DNA of 49,604 nucleotides, counting the filler, from Jimgerdemannia flammicorona (Eukaryota): the NCBI GenBank assembly GCA_003990765.1. It is 2 parts of 2 records of this genome, joined end to end, with 100 filler letters (N's around TTAATTAATTAA, not from the genome) between each part and the next. Parts side by side here need not be neighbours in the genome. Positions count along the whole stretch, not along the records: positions 24,854 to 49,604 come from RBNJ01000931.1; 1 more part is not named here. One strand, given 5' to 3'. Shown one piece after another: positions 49,101 to 49,604 of this stretch. Both the position numbers and the translations under genes were made by a program. Positions within the stretch are counted from its first letter, which is position 1. Every line of letters starts with the position of its first letter. Under the pieces are notes generated by a model. That model was not told the DNA's origin. It saw only the letters and a list, made by a program, of their open reading frames with translations, and searched no databases.

Positions 49101-49604
49101 TCTCACGGCTAATGGGCAGTACTTCTAGAGGGAATAGTACCCTGTGGCAGGCAAATCTTGCTGGGTTGTGATTTCTTCTTCATCTTATCTCTCCTCAAAG
49201 GGGGGAAGCGCCAGCCAAGAGGTGAGGGGGTAGAAAAGGGGCCGGTCATCTTCAACAACATTCTCCAACCCTTGAACAGCTTGAATGCGGACAGAGGACT
49301 GGTAGACTCTCTGTTGCTCCTCTTCTTCTTCTGAAGGCTCGTCAGTTTCAGTGTCAGAGGGGGTTTCCTCAGGGGCAGGGTCTTGGAGTTCTTGGGCCTC
49401 CTCTTCAAAGACAGGAACTTCTTGGGCTTCTTCTTGATTTGGTTCCCAAATGATGAGGTGTGAATTGTGGCTGACAGGGTGGTGGGTGGTTGGGGTAGCT
49501 CCAATGGGTGTCTCTATAGTGATGGGCGGTCCTTCAAATATCTCCATAAGACTCATTAGGTGACCTTGATGGTTGTCTCGGAGTGGGGTGGTGTGGAAAC
49601 CTGG

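Larger units (their letters stand above)
47825..49604 (-). mobile_element. Younger, CpG-retaining LTR sequence (family D), running off the window
   Basis: Shares the AACTTGTATAAA...AGAGTGAATAAACCTC TATA/polyA cassette (48585-48630) with the LTRs of B and C. Tentative end ..GCCACA at 47825. Acidic ORF at 49185-49556. Confidence 0.7.

Noticed and set aside
48145..49106. Overlapping ORFs in several frames
   Set aside because: Products of stop-poor tandem repeats within LTR D.

Overview
Eukaryotic, almost certainly fungal, repeat-dense window. The TE families resemble those I recall from Mucoromycota (Glomeromycotina/Endogonales); that lineage call is inference only. Most of the window is nested, C>T/G>A-hypermutated transposon relics: five L1/Tx1-like LINE copies or fragments, several Ty3/gypsy-type LTR elements and solo LTRs, two Ty1/copia 3' fragments and a degenerate Sola-like transposase. 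A 100-bp artificial gap linker sits at 24754-24853. Only one intact host gene is visible: a 4-exon, 175-aa minus-strand gene at 26320-27107 inside a CpG-retaining island. The main discoveries concern the gypsy elements. (1) An unannotated accessory gene family sits between integrase and PPT in one element but inside the U3 of 1.6-2.1 kb LTRs in two other families. (2) Two different dUTPase-bearing elements share a CxH-x12-CxxC putative zinc module between protease and dUTPase, in mirror-image domain orders. One of them has a gag-dUTPase-protease order plus an LTR-encoded ORF, a layout reminiscent of betaretroviruses such as MMTV. All translations and alignments were done by eye; no database searches were run.
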